From Pseudomonadota bacterium (lineage in GTDB: Bacteria > Myxococcota_A > Polyangia > Polyangiales > Polyangiaceae), in NCBI GenBank assembly GCA_023428245.1, contig JAEYYX010000048.1, positions 23,847 to 87,846 of the forward strand: a stretch of 64,000 nt of DNA, given 5' to 3'. Shown here one piece after another: positions 34,532 to 44,664 of this stretch. Within the stretch, counting starts at the first letter, position 1, and every line of letters begins with the position of its first letter. The position numbers were made by a program, and so were the translations under genes. The notes under the pieces are model-generated. The model was not told the origin of the DNA. It saw only the letters and a program-made list of their open reading frames with translations, and searched no databases.

Positions 34532-36772
34532 CTAACTAAACCGTTCTTCGAACAGGTGAGCGGCTGTGTCGCGGACCGCCGCTTCGGTGTAACCGAAGCG
34601 CTGCAAGAGTCCTTCACGGGCTGTGTCGACGGCTTTGCGGAGGGCGGTGTCCTTGGGCGGGGTTTCCTCCCGGAGCGCCTCGCAGATCTTGCCGAGCTCC
34701 TGGCGCTTCTCGGCAAAGACGGCGCTTCTGAGCTGGGCGAGGAGTGAAGCGAAGACCGGGGATGTCACGAGCGGCTGGCCCGGGTGTTCGAGGGCCCAGG
34801 CGGCAATGCGGCCCATGAGGCGGCCGCGGAACTCTTCCTTCGGCTCTTCGGCGCCGAGCAGGCGCTCCACCTCACCCATTCGGTTTTCGTCGGGCTCGTC
34901 GAGAGCGCCGGTGTGCACGTTGCGGAGCTTCTCGCCTTTGGCCTGGGCTCCCACGTGCTCGAAATAGCGACTGAGGAGCTCTTGGTAGCTCCCGTCGTCG
35001 ACAATCCCGCTCACTTGGCGCAGTTCGTCTTCGAGTTGATCCAAGAGCCAAGACCGGAGGTCACTGCGGGCGCGGCTCGTGTCGTGATAGCCGGGGCCTT
35101 CTGCGTCGATGCGGAGGAACGAGTAGTCGTCGATGCGCTCGCAGAGCCTGTCGATCTGGTCGAGGACGGCGAAGGGCGAAAGGTAGCTGAAGCGATGATC
35201 CTGAGCTGCGTCGAAGAGCAGCGTCGTCATCTCGCGGGGACTCGCGCCGAAGCTACCTTCGTACTCCCGGTGCGCTCGGAACTCTTCGTGGAGTTCTTTC
35301 GTAGGCGGCAGCTGGTGCCGCGCGCCGCGCTTCTTGTCCGGAGCGGTCTGCTCGGAGGGGAGCACACGCCCCGCGTAAAGCTCCATCTTCTGCCAGACGG
35401 AGAGCTCCTGAATCCCTGCACGGTACTCCTCCTCGTAGGCCTGAGGATTCGGCCGCTTGAGCCGGGTCAGGACAGCAAAGCGTGCGGCGAGACCGAAGGT
35501 GTGGGGCGCGATCGGAATGCGCATCTGCTTACCGACGCGCGCGCTGTAGACGAGCTCTTCATCCCGGTAGTCGAGCAAATAAGGGACAGGAATCAGCTCG
35601 AAGCGGCCACGGAAGCTCTCGAACTCGGGATGTTCGCGGAAGGCCGCGAGGTGGAGCTCATTGGCGCTGCCGAGCCAGGTCGAGTTCACGAGCAGGGTTT
35701 GACTCGAGAGAGCCACCTCCCCCGTCTCAATGACAGTCTGCAAATACTTGAAGGCGTCCAAGGGGCGCTTCAAGAGATCTGAGAGCTCAAGGAGCCCGCC
35801 GTGGGCGTCCACGAGCTCACCCCCCACCTCAAAAAGGCTGAGAGAGCGGAGACTGAGCGGCAGCGCGCCAAGGTTCTGATCGGCTGTCACCTGGCGCTCC
35901 CGCGCGTCGACACTGAGCTCAGGCCCAAGAGTCACAGCGCCCACCCGGTAGCGCCGAGAGATGAAAAAGCGCTCAATACGCACGTGCTTGAGGACGTGTT
36001 CGAGGGAGCCGTTCCCCTCGAGGAGCAGAGCGTCGAAGATGCGTTTACTCTTGTGACAGAGGGTGCCGTGGGTCAGGTAGCGGGAGAGCTGAGCGTTCGG
36101 CGGAAGCCACGTATCAAGGAGCTTCTGACGCTCCGGAGGCGGCAAGAGGAACAGCGGATGGTCGCGGACCTCAACGCTCACGCGCGCTTCGATGTCGTCG
36201 TCGGAGAGGTGCGCGTAGCTCGGGATCTGGCCCTCATTCGGCCGTCCTCCGAAGCCAATCGCGCCGCGGCCGAGGGCCTTCTTCGGAAAGACCCAGGAGA
36301 CGCGATAAAGAGCGCCCTCGTCGCTCATCGAATAGTGCTCTAGACCGCGCATCAAACAGGCGGCAAGCGTGCTCTTCGCGGACCCGTTCGGACCGTGCAG
36401 GAGCAGGAGCCGGCTCGCGCGCCCGATCCGCACGAAGTTCTGCAAGGAGCGCACAAGCTCCCCCTGGACCTCTTCGTGACCGATCAGATTCTCTCGCGCA
36501 GCGTCGGCGCCGAGGAACTCTTGATCGAACACGCGGTGGCGGGTGGCAGGACCTGTAGGGCGCGCGACCGAGTAAGATCCGAAGGAGCGAATCATGTCGA
36601 GCAGATACTGGCTCGCGTCCCGCGTGTGCTTCTCAGGATCGCTTTCGACGAGCTCGAGATACTCGGCGAAGCTGAGCACTCGTCTCTCCGCCTCGAAGGC
36701 ACGGCGAAGCCTCTGGTCGATCTCGCTGAGCGCCTGGTCTGCCTTCCTCATGATCTCAAGGGATGGTCGCAC
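34532..36772 (-). CDS. prkA: PrkA-family serine protein kinase (AAA-type N-domain)
   Basis: P-loop LLLHGPNGSAKSTLAACLMRGLE and PrkA-like length and layout. The start is either GTG at 36772 or ATG at 36751. Confidence 0.85.
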   Translation of the reverse strand: MRPSLEIMRKADQALSEIDQRLRRAFEAERRVLSFAEYLELVESDPEKHTRDASQYLLDMIRSFGSYSVARPTGPATRHRVFDQEFLGADAARENLIGHEEVQGELVRSLQNFVRIGRASRLLLLHGPNGSAKSTLAACLMRGLEHYSMSDEGALYRVSWVFPKKALGRGAIGFGGRPNEGQIPSYAHLSDDDIEARVSVEVRDHPLFLLPPPERQKLLDTWLPPNAQLSRYLTHGTLCHKSKRIFDALLLEGNGSLEHVLKHVRIERFFISRRYRVGAVTLGPELSVDARERQVTADQNLGALPLSLRSLSLFEVGGELVDAHGGLLELSDLLKRPLDAFKYLQTVIETGEVALSSQTLLVNSTWLGSANELHLAAFREHPEFESFRGRFELIPVPYLLDYRDEELVYSARVGKQMRIPIAPHTFGLAARFAVLTRLKRPNPQAYEEEYRAGIQELSVWQKMELYAGRVLPSEQTAPDKKRGARHQLPPTKELHEEFRAHREYEGSFGASPREMTTLLFDAAQDHRFSYLSPFAVLDQIDRLCERIDDYSFLRIDAEGPGYHDTSRARSDLRSWLLDQLEDELRQVSGIVDDGSYQELLSRYFEHVGAQAKGEKLRNVHTGALDEPDENRMGEVERLLGAEEPKEEFRGRLMGRIAAWALEHPGQPLVTSPVFASLLAQLRSAVFAEKRQELGKICEALREETPPKDTALRKAVDTAREGLLQRFGYTEAAVRDTAAHLFEERFS

Positions 36773-36797
36773 ATCTCTGCGCCGACCGCGAAAGCCG

Positions 36798-37298
36798 TCA
36801 GCTTCCGAGGACGGAGACGGCCAAATCTCGCTTCTCGATCAGACAGCGCTCGTCCGTGCACACACTGAAAGAGAACTTGCCCGAGACGACGGTCGGGCCC
36901 GGGGCTGTCAGCTTCACGACACCCTTCAGCTCCGCCTTCTTTTCTTCGACCTGACCCTGCTCCTTGCGGAGCACTCCTGGCTCCGCAGAAAATGCACCGG
37001 AATCGAAGGTGAACTTGATGGGATACTCGGGGTTCACCTTGTAGCCGGCGAGAGCCTCTAGGGTGACTGTGAAGTCGAAGGGGCCCTCGGCGCTCTCGGG
37101 AGCGGAAGCCCGAACCACAAACGCCTCCTCTTTCACCTCCGGCTGAGCCTGCTTGGGCTCGGAGGGAGCGGGCGCGGGGACCTCTTGGGCGGCGGGCTTC
37201 GGCGCGTCCAGCTTCGTTTCGACTTGAGCCGGCGGCGCCTCACGACAGCCAAGGGCACCCGAGACAAGGAGGGCCAAACTGAGCCAATTGCGCATCAC
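36798..37298 (-). CDS. hypothetical lipoprotein (possibly DsbD-N/DsbC-like beta-sandwich)
   Basis: MMRNWLSLALLVSGALGC is a signal peptide plus lipobox. C-terminal FSFSVCTDERCL is reminiscent of DsbD N-terminal-like domains (low-confidence memory). Confidence 0.65.
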   Translation of the reverse strand: MMRNWLSLALLVSGALGCREAPPAQVETKLDAPKPAAQEVPAPAPSEPKQAQPEVKEEAFVVRASAPESAEGPFDFTVTLEALAGYKVNPEYPIKFTFDSGAFSAEPGVLRKEQGQVEEKKAELKGVVKLTAPGPTVVSGKFSFSVCTDERCLIEKRDLAVSVLGS

Positions 37299-37341
37299 AG
37301 AAGGAGCTTAGCGCCGCCTCCGCAAGGCTCAAAACGGAGCC

Positions 37342-38625
37342 TCAAAGGGCCCAAACAGCGACCGCAATCAGCGCCACAATAACCACGAGCGCAACGACCC
37401 AAAGCCCGTTCGTTCCGCTGCGAGGCTGAAGGCCTGCGACGTGGGGTTTCGGGGGCACTTCTGGCAGATCGATGACCTTGGGGCTCGAGGTGATGCGCGG
37501 GGGGACCGACGCCGCGAGAGCGTCCATGCCTCCGAAGAATGAATCTTCCGGCGACGGAGCTTCCGTCATCTCCGCGGGAGCTTTCGCGAGTCCCTCGTGA
37601 ATCGCGCGAGCGAGCTCGCCCTCGCGCATATGCGCCCACGCAAGGTGCTCGCCTTCGAGGCCATACGCCGCGCCCAGAGCGTCCGCAAAGGCGCCCATCG
37701 ACTGGAATCTGAGCGATGGCGCCCTTCGCAGAGCCCGCTCAACGACCGCATCGAGGCGGCTCGGCACCGTCGCGCCGATACCCTTGGCGACGCTCGAAAG
37801 CAGAGGCGCCTCCTTGGTCAAGATCGCCATCAAGATCGCGCCGCCGGTGGTCCCGGTGAAGGGAACCTGGCCTGTGACACACTCGAACACGATCGCGCCC
37901 ATCGACCAGATGTCCGCGCGGTGATCGAGTGTGTCGAGCGCCTGCGCTTGTTCGGGAGACATATAGTAGGGCGAGCCAATCGTCGTCCCGACCACAGTCA
38001 GCCGCTCTGCCCCTCGCGCGTTGTCCTTCACGGAGCCAAAATCGAGCACCTTGACGATATCGCCGTCGGGAGTCTGACAGAGGTAGATATTGTCAGGCTT
38101 CAGATCGCGGTGGACGAACTTGCGCGCGTGAGCTTCGTCGAGCGCGATCGCGACCTGGCTCACCATCCGCACCAAACGAGCCGGTTGAATGGTCCGTTCT
38201 CGCTCAAGGGTCGCCCGAAGTTCCTCACCAAACAAGAATTCCATCACGAGGGCGTGAGAGCCCTCGCTCGTCGGACGGAAATCGTAGACCTGGGCGATGT
38301 GCTCGTGAGGCAGCTCGGCGCTGATCTCGAACTCGCGCTTAAAGCGCTCGACCTCGATCGGATCGCGGGTCACGTTCTCGTGGAGAATCTTCACCGCCAC
38401 GTTCCGCTTCTCGATCATATCGAGAGCTTCATAGACGCGCCCCATGCCCCCATCGGCGACGACGCGACGCAAATGGTAGCGTTCGAAGAGGAGCGTGCCG
38501 AGTCGCGGATCGAGGACGCTTGAGTTCGGTGGCGCGTTGGTCGCGCTCATGAGCTCCGACCCGTCGACGGGGCAAAACCCAGCGTCATCCGGGTAAAGGC
38601 GACCACAAGCGGGGCACGCCTTCAC
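37342..38625 (-). CDS. Ser/Thr protein kinase (Hanks type) with N-terminal zinc ribbon and C-terminal TM anchor
   Basis: CPACGRLYPDDAGFCPVDG zinc ribbon. VAVKIL, HRDLKPDNI, DFGS and SPYYMSPEQ kinase motifs. C-terminal hydrophobic LWVVALVVIVALIAVAVWAL. GTG start 6 nt after the upstream stop. Confidence 0.9.
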   Translation of the reverse strand: MKACPACGRLYPDDAGFCPVDGSELMSATNAPPNSSVLDPRLGTLLFERYHLRRVVADGGMGRVYEALDMIEKRNVAVKILHENVTRDPIEVERFKREFEISAELPHEHIAQVYDFRPTSEGSHALVMEFLFGEELRATLERERTIQPARLVRMVSQVAIALDEAHARKFVHRDLKPDNIYLCQTPDGDIVKVLDFGSVKDNARGAERLTVVGTTIGSPYYMSPEQAQALDTLDHRADIWSMGAIVFECVTGQVPFTGTTGGAILMAILTKEAPLLSSVAKGIGATVPSRLDAVVERALRRAPSLRFQSMGAFADALGAAYGLEGEHLAWAHMREGELARAIHEGLAKAPAEMTEAPSPEDSFFGGMDALAASVPPRITSSPKVIDLPEVPPKPHVAGLQPRSGTNGLWVVALVVIVALIAVAVWAL

Positions 38626-38631
38626 GTGACG

Positions 38632-39393
38632 TTAGGCCTCCTCCGCCTCGCCCTTTGCGGCAGACGGCGGAGCTTCCTTCGAACGATCGGGGCGATAATA
38701 CAGGATGCGATGACAGCTCGGGCAGGCGTGGAACTCCTGCTGACGAGCGATCTGCTGAAACAGCATCGGGGAGACGGCGATGTGGCACGCCACACACGTT
38801 CCTTCCACGACCTCGGCGAGCCCCGAGCCCCGTCGCACACGGACCGCGTCGTAACGACGGAGCGTCTGGCGGTCGATGCCCGAAACGCGCTGTTCGCGCT
38901 CGGTCTGCCTTTCGCGGATCTCCTCCTCGAGCGCCTCGATTTTCGTTTTTTCGGCCTCGGCGGTCTCACCCAGCTCAGCCAGAACCGTGTCGCGAGCGGC
39001 CGTAGCTTTGTCGACATCGGCGCGCGCCTCGTCGATGAGCCCAGAGAGCTTCTCGATCTCCTTTTCGCGCTCGCGGTGGATGCGCCGGAGCTCTTCGAGC
39101 TCGCGCGTCGCCGCGTTTGCCTCTTTTTCGTTGCGAACGCGGGTCAGCTTCTCCCGCGCCTTGTCGACCTGAATCGCGACCTGACGGAGCTCTTGGGTGA
39201 GCTCGCTCTTGGTGCGCTCCATTTCGCGAACAGCGGCCTCGAGGCCGGCTACCCGGTCCGACAGCTCGGTCTTTTGCTGGCGGCGGCCGGCGTTCTTTCC
39301 TCGCTCTTGCTCGAGTTCAGCCTCGAGGCGAGCAAGGACACCGTCCAGAGCGGCGAGGTTTCTTAGAAGGGGGACTTGGTTCTCGATGCTCAC
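38632..39393 (-). CDS. coiled-coil protein with C-terminal C4 zinc ribbon (COG1579/DUF164-like)
   Basis: Long heptad-rich region, then CVACH...CPSCHRILYY. The track ORF extends to 39609, but that part overlaps a tRNA gene. I chose the GTG at 39393, which is preceded by AGGA. Confidence 0.75.
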   Translation of the reverse strand: MSIENQVPLLRNLAALDGVLARLEAELEQERGKNAGRRQQKTELSDRVAGLEAAVREMERTKSELTQELRQVAIQVDKAREKLTRVRNEKEANAATRELEELRRIHREREKEIEKLSGLIDEARADVDKATAARDTVLAELGETAEAEKTKIEALEEEIRERQTEREQRVSGIDRQTLRRYDAVRVRRGSGLAEVVEGTCVACHIAVSPMLFQQIARQQEFHACPSCHRILYYRPDRSKEAPPSAAKGEAEEA

Positions 39394-39417
39394 TGCGCGG
39401 TCCTGAGGTTTTTCAAG

Positions 39418-39491
39418 TGGGCCCACCTGGGTTCGAACCAGGAACAACCCGGTTATGAGCCGGGGGCTCTGACCGATTGAGCTATAGGCCC
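39418..39491 (-). tRNA. tRNA with CAT anticodon (elongator Met or lysidine-modified Ile2)
   Basis: Cloverleaf on the minus strand: acceptor GGGCCTA/TGGGCCC, D stem GCTC/GAGC, anticodon stem CCCGG/CCGGG with loop CTCATAA, T arm CCTGG-TTCGAAC-CCAGG. Not initiator-like. Confidence 0.85.
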
Positions 39492-39573
39492 GGGCCGGGC
39501 GAGAACGGTACTCGAAGGGGACGGGCAGGGCAAACGCTTGATTTTGAGTAGGATGTGCTAGACCGCCTTGACT

Positions 39574-42500
39574 ATGGACCGTCTGGTCGTCTCGGGCGCG
39601 ACCCAGCACAACCTCAAGAACGTCAGCGTCAGTCTACCGAGGAACGAGCTGGTAGTGATCACGGGCCCGAGCGGCTCGGGGAAGTCGTCTTTGGCTTTCG
39701 ACACGATCTACGCCGAAGGTCAGCGCCGCTACGTCGAGTCCCTTTCCGCTTACGCACGGCAGTTCCTCGACCAGCTCCCCAAGCCCCGGGTCGAGAGCAT
39801 CGAAGGCCTGAGCCCGGCCATCGCCATCGAGCAGAAAGCCCTCGGGAAGAGCCCCCGGTCCACCGTCGGCACCGTCACAGAGATCGCCGACTACCTCCGG
39901 CTCCTCTTTTCCCGTATCGGCGTCCCCCACTGTCCCATCTCCGGGGATGTCATCCGGGCTTACACGGTCCAGGAAATCGTCGACAGCATTCTCAGTCGCG
40001 AAGAGGGCAGCCGCGTGGTCCTCCTAGCGCGCATCGTCCGCGGCCGGCCCGGCGACCTGAAGGATGAGCTCTCCCGCCTCAGGCGCGACGGTTACGTCCG
40101 CGCGCGCATCGACGGCCAGAATGTGGACCTCGGCGAAGAGCCGGAGATCGACCCTGAACAGCCCCACGATCTCGACGTTGTTGTCGACCGTGTGGCGGTC
40201 CGCGAAGGCATCAAGGGCCGCGTCACAGACTCGGTGGAGCTCTGTTTGAAGCTCGGCGAAGGCTCCGTCCTGATTGATGCGATGGATGGATCCGAGCCGC
40301 TCGTGATGAGCGAGCGCCTCGTTTCGTGGAAGTATGGGTTGACCCTACCTCCCCTCGAGCCCCGCCTCTTCTCGTTCAATAGCCCTCACGGTGCCTGTCC
40401 CGAGTGTAACGGCCTTGGACGCAAGGCTTCGATCGACGCCGCGCGCGTCGTGCCCGACCCGACCCGAAGCCTCCGAGAAGGTGCAGTGACAGCCTTCGGA
40501 CGCCGCGGCTCAGAGGCAAACGCCAAAGAAGTTCAGGCGGTGGTGAGCGCTCTCGGCGTCGATCCGGACAAGCCCTGGGAAGACCTGCCCAAGGCAAAGC
40601 GCGAGATCATTCTGCACGGAGACGGCAAGAACTACGTCGGCATCATTCCGCGACTCATGGAGATGCTGGACTCGGGGGCGATCCCTGAGGGCGATGAAGG
40701 CGAAGAGGCCGAAGAAGGAGCGGAGGGCTCGGTCGGTTATGACGATCTGAGCCGCTTCGTCTCGCTGCGTCCTTGTACTGCCTGTGATGGAACGCGCCTC
40801 CGCAAGGAAGCGCTGAGCGTTCGTCTGGCCGGCTTCACCATCGGCGAGCTCTGTCGCATGCCGCTCACCCGACTCCGGCAGGAGCTCCTCTCACTCACCG
40901 CGGACAATAAGCTCCTGGCCCGCGACGCCGCTGTCGCCGCGCCTCTCTTGCCCGCGGTCACCGATCGGCTCGGTTTCTTGATCGACGTCGGCCTCGGCTA
41001 CCTCTCCCTCGACCGCGCCGCGGCTACCCTCTCAGGCGGCGAAGGACAGCGCATTCGCCTCGCAACCCAGATCGGCGCTTCGCTCGTCGGCGTCCTCTAC
41101 GTGCTCGATGAGCCCTCGGTCGGTCTCCACGCTCGAGACAATCGACGACTCATCACCGCCATGCGGCGTCTCGTCGACAAGGGCAACAGCGTGCTTGTGG
41201 TCGAGCACGACCGCGACGCGATCTTGGCCGCAGATCACGTTGTCGACATGGGCCCGCGGGCGGGTGTCCACGGGGGCGAGATCGTCGCCCAAGGAACGCC
41301 AGCCGAAATCATGGCGAATGAGGAGTCGATCACCGGCCCCTACCTCTCTTACGACAAACACCTGCCCCTCCCCGCCCGCAAGAAGGTCGTCGCAAAACGC
41401 GCTCTCCGCGTCGTCAGCGCTACCGGGCACAATCTCAAGAACGTCACTGTCTCGATCCCGCTCGGAGTCCTAACGGCCGTCACCGGCGTCAGCGGTTCAG
41501 GCAAGAGTAGCTTGATCGTCGACACTCTGCTCGCCGCCGCTCGCGCTCGGCTCTACGGAGCCAGCGGCACGATTGGCCCCTGTGAGGGCATCGAAGGTCT
41601 CGAACAGATCGACAAAGTCATCAGCATCGACCAAGCCCCCATCGGTCGCACCCCACGCTCGAATCCCGCTACCTACACGGGCATCTTTTCCGACCTACGC
41701 GAGGTGTTCGCGAGCCTACCCGACGCCCGCGCCCGCGGTTACAAGCCGGGCCGCTTCTCCTTCAACGTGAAGGGCGGACGCTGTGAGGCCTGTATGGGCG
41801 ACGGCGTGCTCAAGGTCGAGATGCACTTCCTCCCGGACGTCTACGTCGCATGTGACGCCTGCGGCGGCAGTCGCTACAACCGAGAGACCCTCGAGATCAA
41901 GTACAAGGGACTCTCGATCGCCGACGTCCTGAACCTGACAGTCGAAGATGCGCTCCCGATCTTCGAGCCCATCGGGCGCATCCACGAGCGCCTCCGCACC
42001 TTGAATCAAGTCGGCCTCGGTTACGTCACCCTCGGTCAGCCGGCGACGACGCTGTCGGGCGGCGAAGCCCAGCGCATCAAGCTCGCTCTCGAGCTCAGCC
42101 GTCGCGCCACGGGCAACACCCTCTACGTGCTCGACGAGCCCACCACAGGCCTCCATTTCTCCGACATCGAGCACCTCGCTCAGGCTCTGCTCGACCTCCG
42201 AGAAGCCGGGAACTCGATCCTTGTCATCGAACACAACCTCGAACTCGTCGCCTGTGCTGACTGGGTCATCGACATGGGCCCGGAGGGTGGCGACGGAGGC
42301 GGCACAGTCGTCGCCCAAGGCACTCCCGAAGACGTCGCGGAGGTCGCCGAGAGCCACACAGGTCAGGCGCTCAAGGAGATCCTCCACGAGCTGAACCGGC
42401 GCGGAGTGACCCGGCCGGCCCGCTCGCGCTCACCGTCGATTCCTCCGCGGCCCGGAAGCATTCCTCCGGCCGCCGGTGCACGTGGACGTCCCCCGAGCAT

Positions 42501-42897
42501 TCCCCCGGCCGCGGGCGGACGCGGCAGTCGCCCCCCCAGCATTCCTCCCGGCCAAACGAGCCGGCCGGCGCGCGCCCCGAGTGTCCCGCCCCCCGCAGGG
42601 AGTCGCGCCCGCGCCCCGAGTGTGCCCCCGGCCCCTGGGCGCGGCAGTCGTCCGAGTGCTCCGCCGCCCGCTGGGGCCCGAGGCAGTCGTCCGAGTGCTC
42701 CGCCGCCCGCTGGGGCCCGAAGCAGTCGTCCGAGTGCTCCGCCGCCCGCTGGGTCCCGAAGCAGCAGTCGCGCCCAAAGCGCGCCCCAAAGCTCGGTGAG
42801 CCGTCCACCGAGCTCCGCCGCCCGCCCCGCGCGCTCACAGAGTGCCCCGCCGACCTCCGAACGCCCCCCCAAGTCCAAGAAGGTCCCGGCATCGTAA
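39574..42897 (+). CDS. uvrA: excinuclease ABC subunit A with a ~165-aa low-complexity C-terminal tail
   Basis: [54 protein letters not shown], two ABC modules, and CxxC zinc modules. The canonical end is near ...[12 protein letters not shown], followed by a Pro/Arg/Ser-rich tail. Confidence 0.95.
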   Translation: MDRLVVSGATQHNLKNVSVSLPRNELVVITGPSGSGKSSLAFDTIYAEGQRRYVESLSAYARQFLDQLPKPRVESIEGLSPAIAIEQKALGKSPRSTVGTVTEIADYLRLLFSRIGVPHCPISGDVIRAYTVQEIVDSILSREEGSRVVLLARIVRGRPGDLKDELSRLRRDGYVRARIDGQNVDLGEEPEIDPEQPHDLDVVVDRVAVREGIKGRVTDSVELCLKLGEGSVLIDAMDGSEPLVMSERLVSWKYGLTLPPLEPRLFSFNSPHGACPECNGLGRKASIDAARVVPDPTRSLREGAVTAFGRRGSEANAKEVQAVVSALGVDPDKPWEDLPKAKREIILHGDGKNYVGIIPRLMEMLDSGAIPEGDEGEEAEEGAEGSVGYDDLSRFVSLRPCTACDGTRLRKEALSVRLAGFTIGELCRMPLTRLRQELLSLTADNKLLARDAAVAAPLLPAVTDRLGFLIDVGLGYLSLDRAAATLSGGEGQRIRLATQIGASLVGVLYVLDEPSVGLHARDNRRLITAMRRLVDKGNSVLVVEHDRDAILAADHVVDMGPRAGVHGGEIVAQGTPAEIMANEESITGPYLSYDKHLPLPARKKVVAKRALRVVSATGHNLKNVTVSIPLGVLTAVTGVSGSGKSSLIVDTLLAAARARLYGASGTIGPCEGIEGLEQIDKVISIDQAPIGRTPRSNPATYTGIFSDLREVFASLPDARARGYKPGRFSFNVKGGRCEACMGDGVLKVEMHFLPDVYVACDACGGSRYNRETLEIKYKGLSIADVLNLTVEDALPIFEPIGRIHERLRTLNQVGLGYVTLGQPATTLSGGEAQRIKLALELSRRATGNTLYVLDEPTTGLHFSDIEHLAQALLDLREAGNSILVIEHNLELVACADWVIDMGPEGGDGGGTVVAQGTPEDVAEVAESHTGQALKEILHELNRRGVTRPARSRSPSIPPRPGSIPPAAGARGRPPSIPPAAGGRGSRPPSIPPGQTSRPARAPSVPPPAGSRARAPSVPPAPGRGSRPSAPPPAGARGSRPSAPPPAGARSSRPSAPPPAGSRSSSRAQSAPQSSVSRPPSSAARPARSQSAPPTSERPPKSKKVPAS
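42643..42759 (+). repeat. three tandem 39-nt repeats inside the uvrA tail
   Basis: Units 42643..42681 and 42682..42720 are identical (GGCAGTCGTCCGAGTGCTCCGCCGCCCGCTGGGGCCCGA). The third unit (42721..42759) differs at 2 nt. They are in frame and encode [13 protein letters not shown]-type 13-aa units. Confidence 0.9.
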
Positions 42898-42931
42898 GAG
42901 ATTTTCCGAAACACGGACCTCTTCTTTGGCC

Positions 42932-42960
42932 TTGACAGCCTGAGGGCCCATCAGTACATC
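42932..42960 (+). promoter_or_regulatory. sigma70-type promoter candidate for tRNA-Gly
   Basis: TTGACA, a 17-nt spacer, then TACATC, 45 nt upstream of the tRNA 5' end. Confidence 0.5.
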
Positions 42961-43005
42961 TCACGCCCCTCGGACAAGGCAATCAGCCTCCCCCGAGGAC
43001 CACTT

Positions 43006-43077
43006 GCGGGAATAACTCAGCGGTAGAGTGCGACCTTGCCAAGGTCGAAGTCGTGAGTTCGAATCTCATTTCCCGCT
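43006..43077 (+). tRNA. tRNA-Gly (anticodon GCC)
   Basis: Cloverleaf: acceptor GCGGGAA/TTCCCGC, D stem ACTC/GAGT, anticodon stem CGACC/GGTCG with loop TTGCCAA, T arm GTGAG-TTCGAAT-CTCAT. Confidence 0.9.
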
Positions 43078-43098
43078 CAAAACAGCGAGCGAACAAGA

Positions 43099-43133
43099 GG
43101 GCTGAGCGGAACCGCTCGGCCCTTTGGCTTTCC
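43099..43133 (+). terminator. hairpin terminator candidate after tRNA-Gly
   Basis: 10-bp stem GGGCTGAGCG / CGCTCGGCCC (one G-T pair) with loop GAAC, followed by TTTGGCTTTCC. Confidence 0.5.
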
Positions 43134-43198
43134 GGCCCGTGAGCTCATCTCAGGGCTCCCAGAGGGCCCCTTCCCAACCGTCCGACCCTAGAAGAGTC

Positions 43199-43229
43199 AA
43201 AAAAAAGGGCTCCCGTGGAGCCCCTTTTC
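43199..43229 (-). terminator. rho-independent terminator (bidirectional shape) downstream of the GH8 gene
   Basis: AAAAAAAA-GGGCTCC-cgt-GGAGCCC-CTTTT. On the minus strand the stem is followed by an 8-nt U-run. It lies 26 nt after the GH8 stop. Confidence 0.7.
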
Positions 43230-43254
43230 TCGAACACTCTCACTCCGCGGAGCG

Positions 43255-44664
43255 TTACTTGCCGCCGCAGGTGTCGAACTTGCCGGCGAGGGCGAGCAGG
43301 CTGAGCGCCTTGAGCATGCGCGGGAAGTACTCGCCGTCGTGGGCGCCTTCCCCGGCGGGGATCGCGACGAGCTCGGCTGCAAAGGATTCGACAGTTTCCG
43401 GGTCGAGGGTCATCGCGCCGACCGCGAAGGGGCCGACGTTGATGGCTGTGTGATCTTCGGGGCTCGGAGCCTCGTGATCCGTCGAGCCGTCCAGGTTGTA
43501 CCATTGGACCGTGTTCTTGATGCCGACGGACTTCACCCAGTTCGTGACCTTGTCGTTCCAGGCCTTGGCCTCCGGCTTTCCGTACCAGAGATAGTCAGCG
43601 GCGATGCGCCAAGGAGTGCGCGCGGCGTCGTCACCGTAGGACGCCGAGCGGATGTACGCGTTGTGGCAATCAGCAGTCGCGTCGCCTCCACCCGCCGAGC
43701 CCCAGTTGCGCACGAGGCCGGTTTCGGGGTGCGAAGCAGCGGCGAGCAGCGGATAGCTGTCGTCCGCGGCGCGGTTCCAGAACTCGGCATCCTCGGGGGT
43801 CACCTTCGCGAACTCGCGGTAATAGGCGGGAGCGAAATAGGAGTAGTTCACGCACCCCCCACCCATCATATCAAACCAGCTTGAGTCGCCAGGCTGAAGG
43901 ACAAGCTTGCCGTTATCCTCCATGAACATGTGCTCTTTGGTATCCTTGATGACCGGCTTGGCCTCTTCGAGATACTTGTTGTCCCCCCAGCGACAGGACG
44001 CCTGGATCAGCGCCATCGCGACGTCGAGATCGCCGTCGGAGGCCGCGTTGTCTGGATGTTGGTTGTATTTCGTGTCCCAGTGAGCGTCGCAGCCGTAGCG
44101 AAGCCAGTGCATGAGAGCCCGCCCTTCGACGCGCATGCGCTTCGAGTACTCGAAGAGCCCATCGAAGGCTGCGCGATCGTCGAAGACGACCGTCAGGAGC
44201 ATTCCGTAGCCGATGCCTTCCGAGACCGTTGCGTCGAGCTTGGCGTTCTCCCAGCGAACGCGATGAGCTCCGTCGCCACAATCTTCGAGGTGGATCTCCC
44301 TCCAGACCTCATAGGCCTCTCGGGCGTCCTCGAGACCGACGCTCTCGGGACGGAAACCCCAAGGCAAGTCTTGAACGACACGGGCGCCACCAGTGCCATC
44401 GCCTCCGGTCCCGGGTGCTCCGCCTCCGGTCCCACCACCGCCAGTCCCAGGATTGACAGCTCCACCTGCTCCCTCGCCATTGATGCCACCGCTTCCCAGT
44501 CCGGTCGCGGAGCCCGTCGCGCTCCCCCCCCCGTCACCCGTAGGATCACTTGTTCCAGCGCCCCCGGAGGCGCCCGGCTGATTTGGTCCGGACGTCCCAT
44601 CGTTCGGGGAGCAGCTCGCGAGAATGGCGAAAGGAAAGGTGAGAAGAGGGAGAAAGCGCTTCAT
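43255..44664 (-). CDS. glycoside hydrolase family 8 lipoprotein (endoglucanase/chitosanase type)
   Basis: Lipobox FAILASC, then a Gly-rich linker. VSEGIGYGMLL and ASDGDLDVAMALIQASCRW are a near-match to the GH8 signature as I remember it. Confidence 0.85.
   Translation of the reverse strand: MKRFLPLLTFPFAILASCSPNDGTSGPNQPGASGGAGTSDPTGDGGGSATGSATGLGSGGINGEGAGGAVNPGTGGGGTGGGAPGTGGDGTGGARVVQDLPWGFRPESVGLEDAREAYEVWREIHLEDCGDGAHRVRWENAKLDATVSEGIGYGMLLTVVFDDRAAFDGLFEYSKRMRVEGRALMHWLRYGCDAHWDTKYNQHPDNAASDGDLDVAMALIQASCRWGDNKYLEEAKPVIKDTKEHMFMEDNGKLVLQPGDSSWFDMMGGGCVNYSYFAPAYYREFAKVTPEDAEFWNRAADDSYPLLAAASHPETGLVRNWGSAGGGDATADCHNAYIRSASYGDDAARTPWRIAADYLWYGKPEAKAWNDKVTNWVKSVGIKNTVQWYNLDGSTDHEAPSPEDHTAINVGPFAVGAMTLDPETVESFAAELVAIPAGEGAHDGEYFPRMLKALSLLALAGKFDTCGGK

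Noticed and set aside
42643-42759. Regularly spaced 39-nt direct repeats, CRISPR-like at first glance
   Set aside because: The units are contiguous with no spacers, lie in frame within the uvrA ORF, and no cas genes are present. They are coding tandem repeats.
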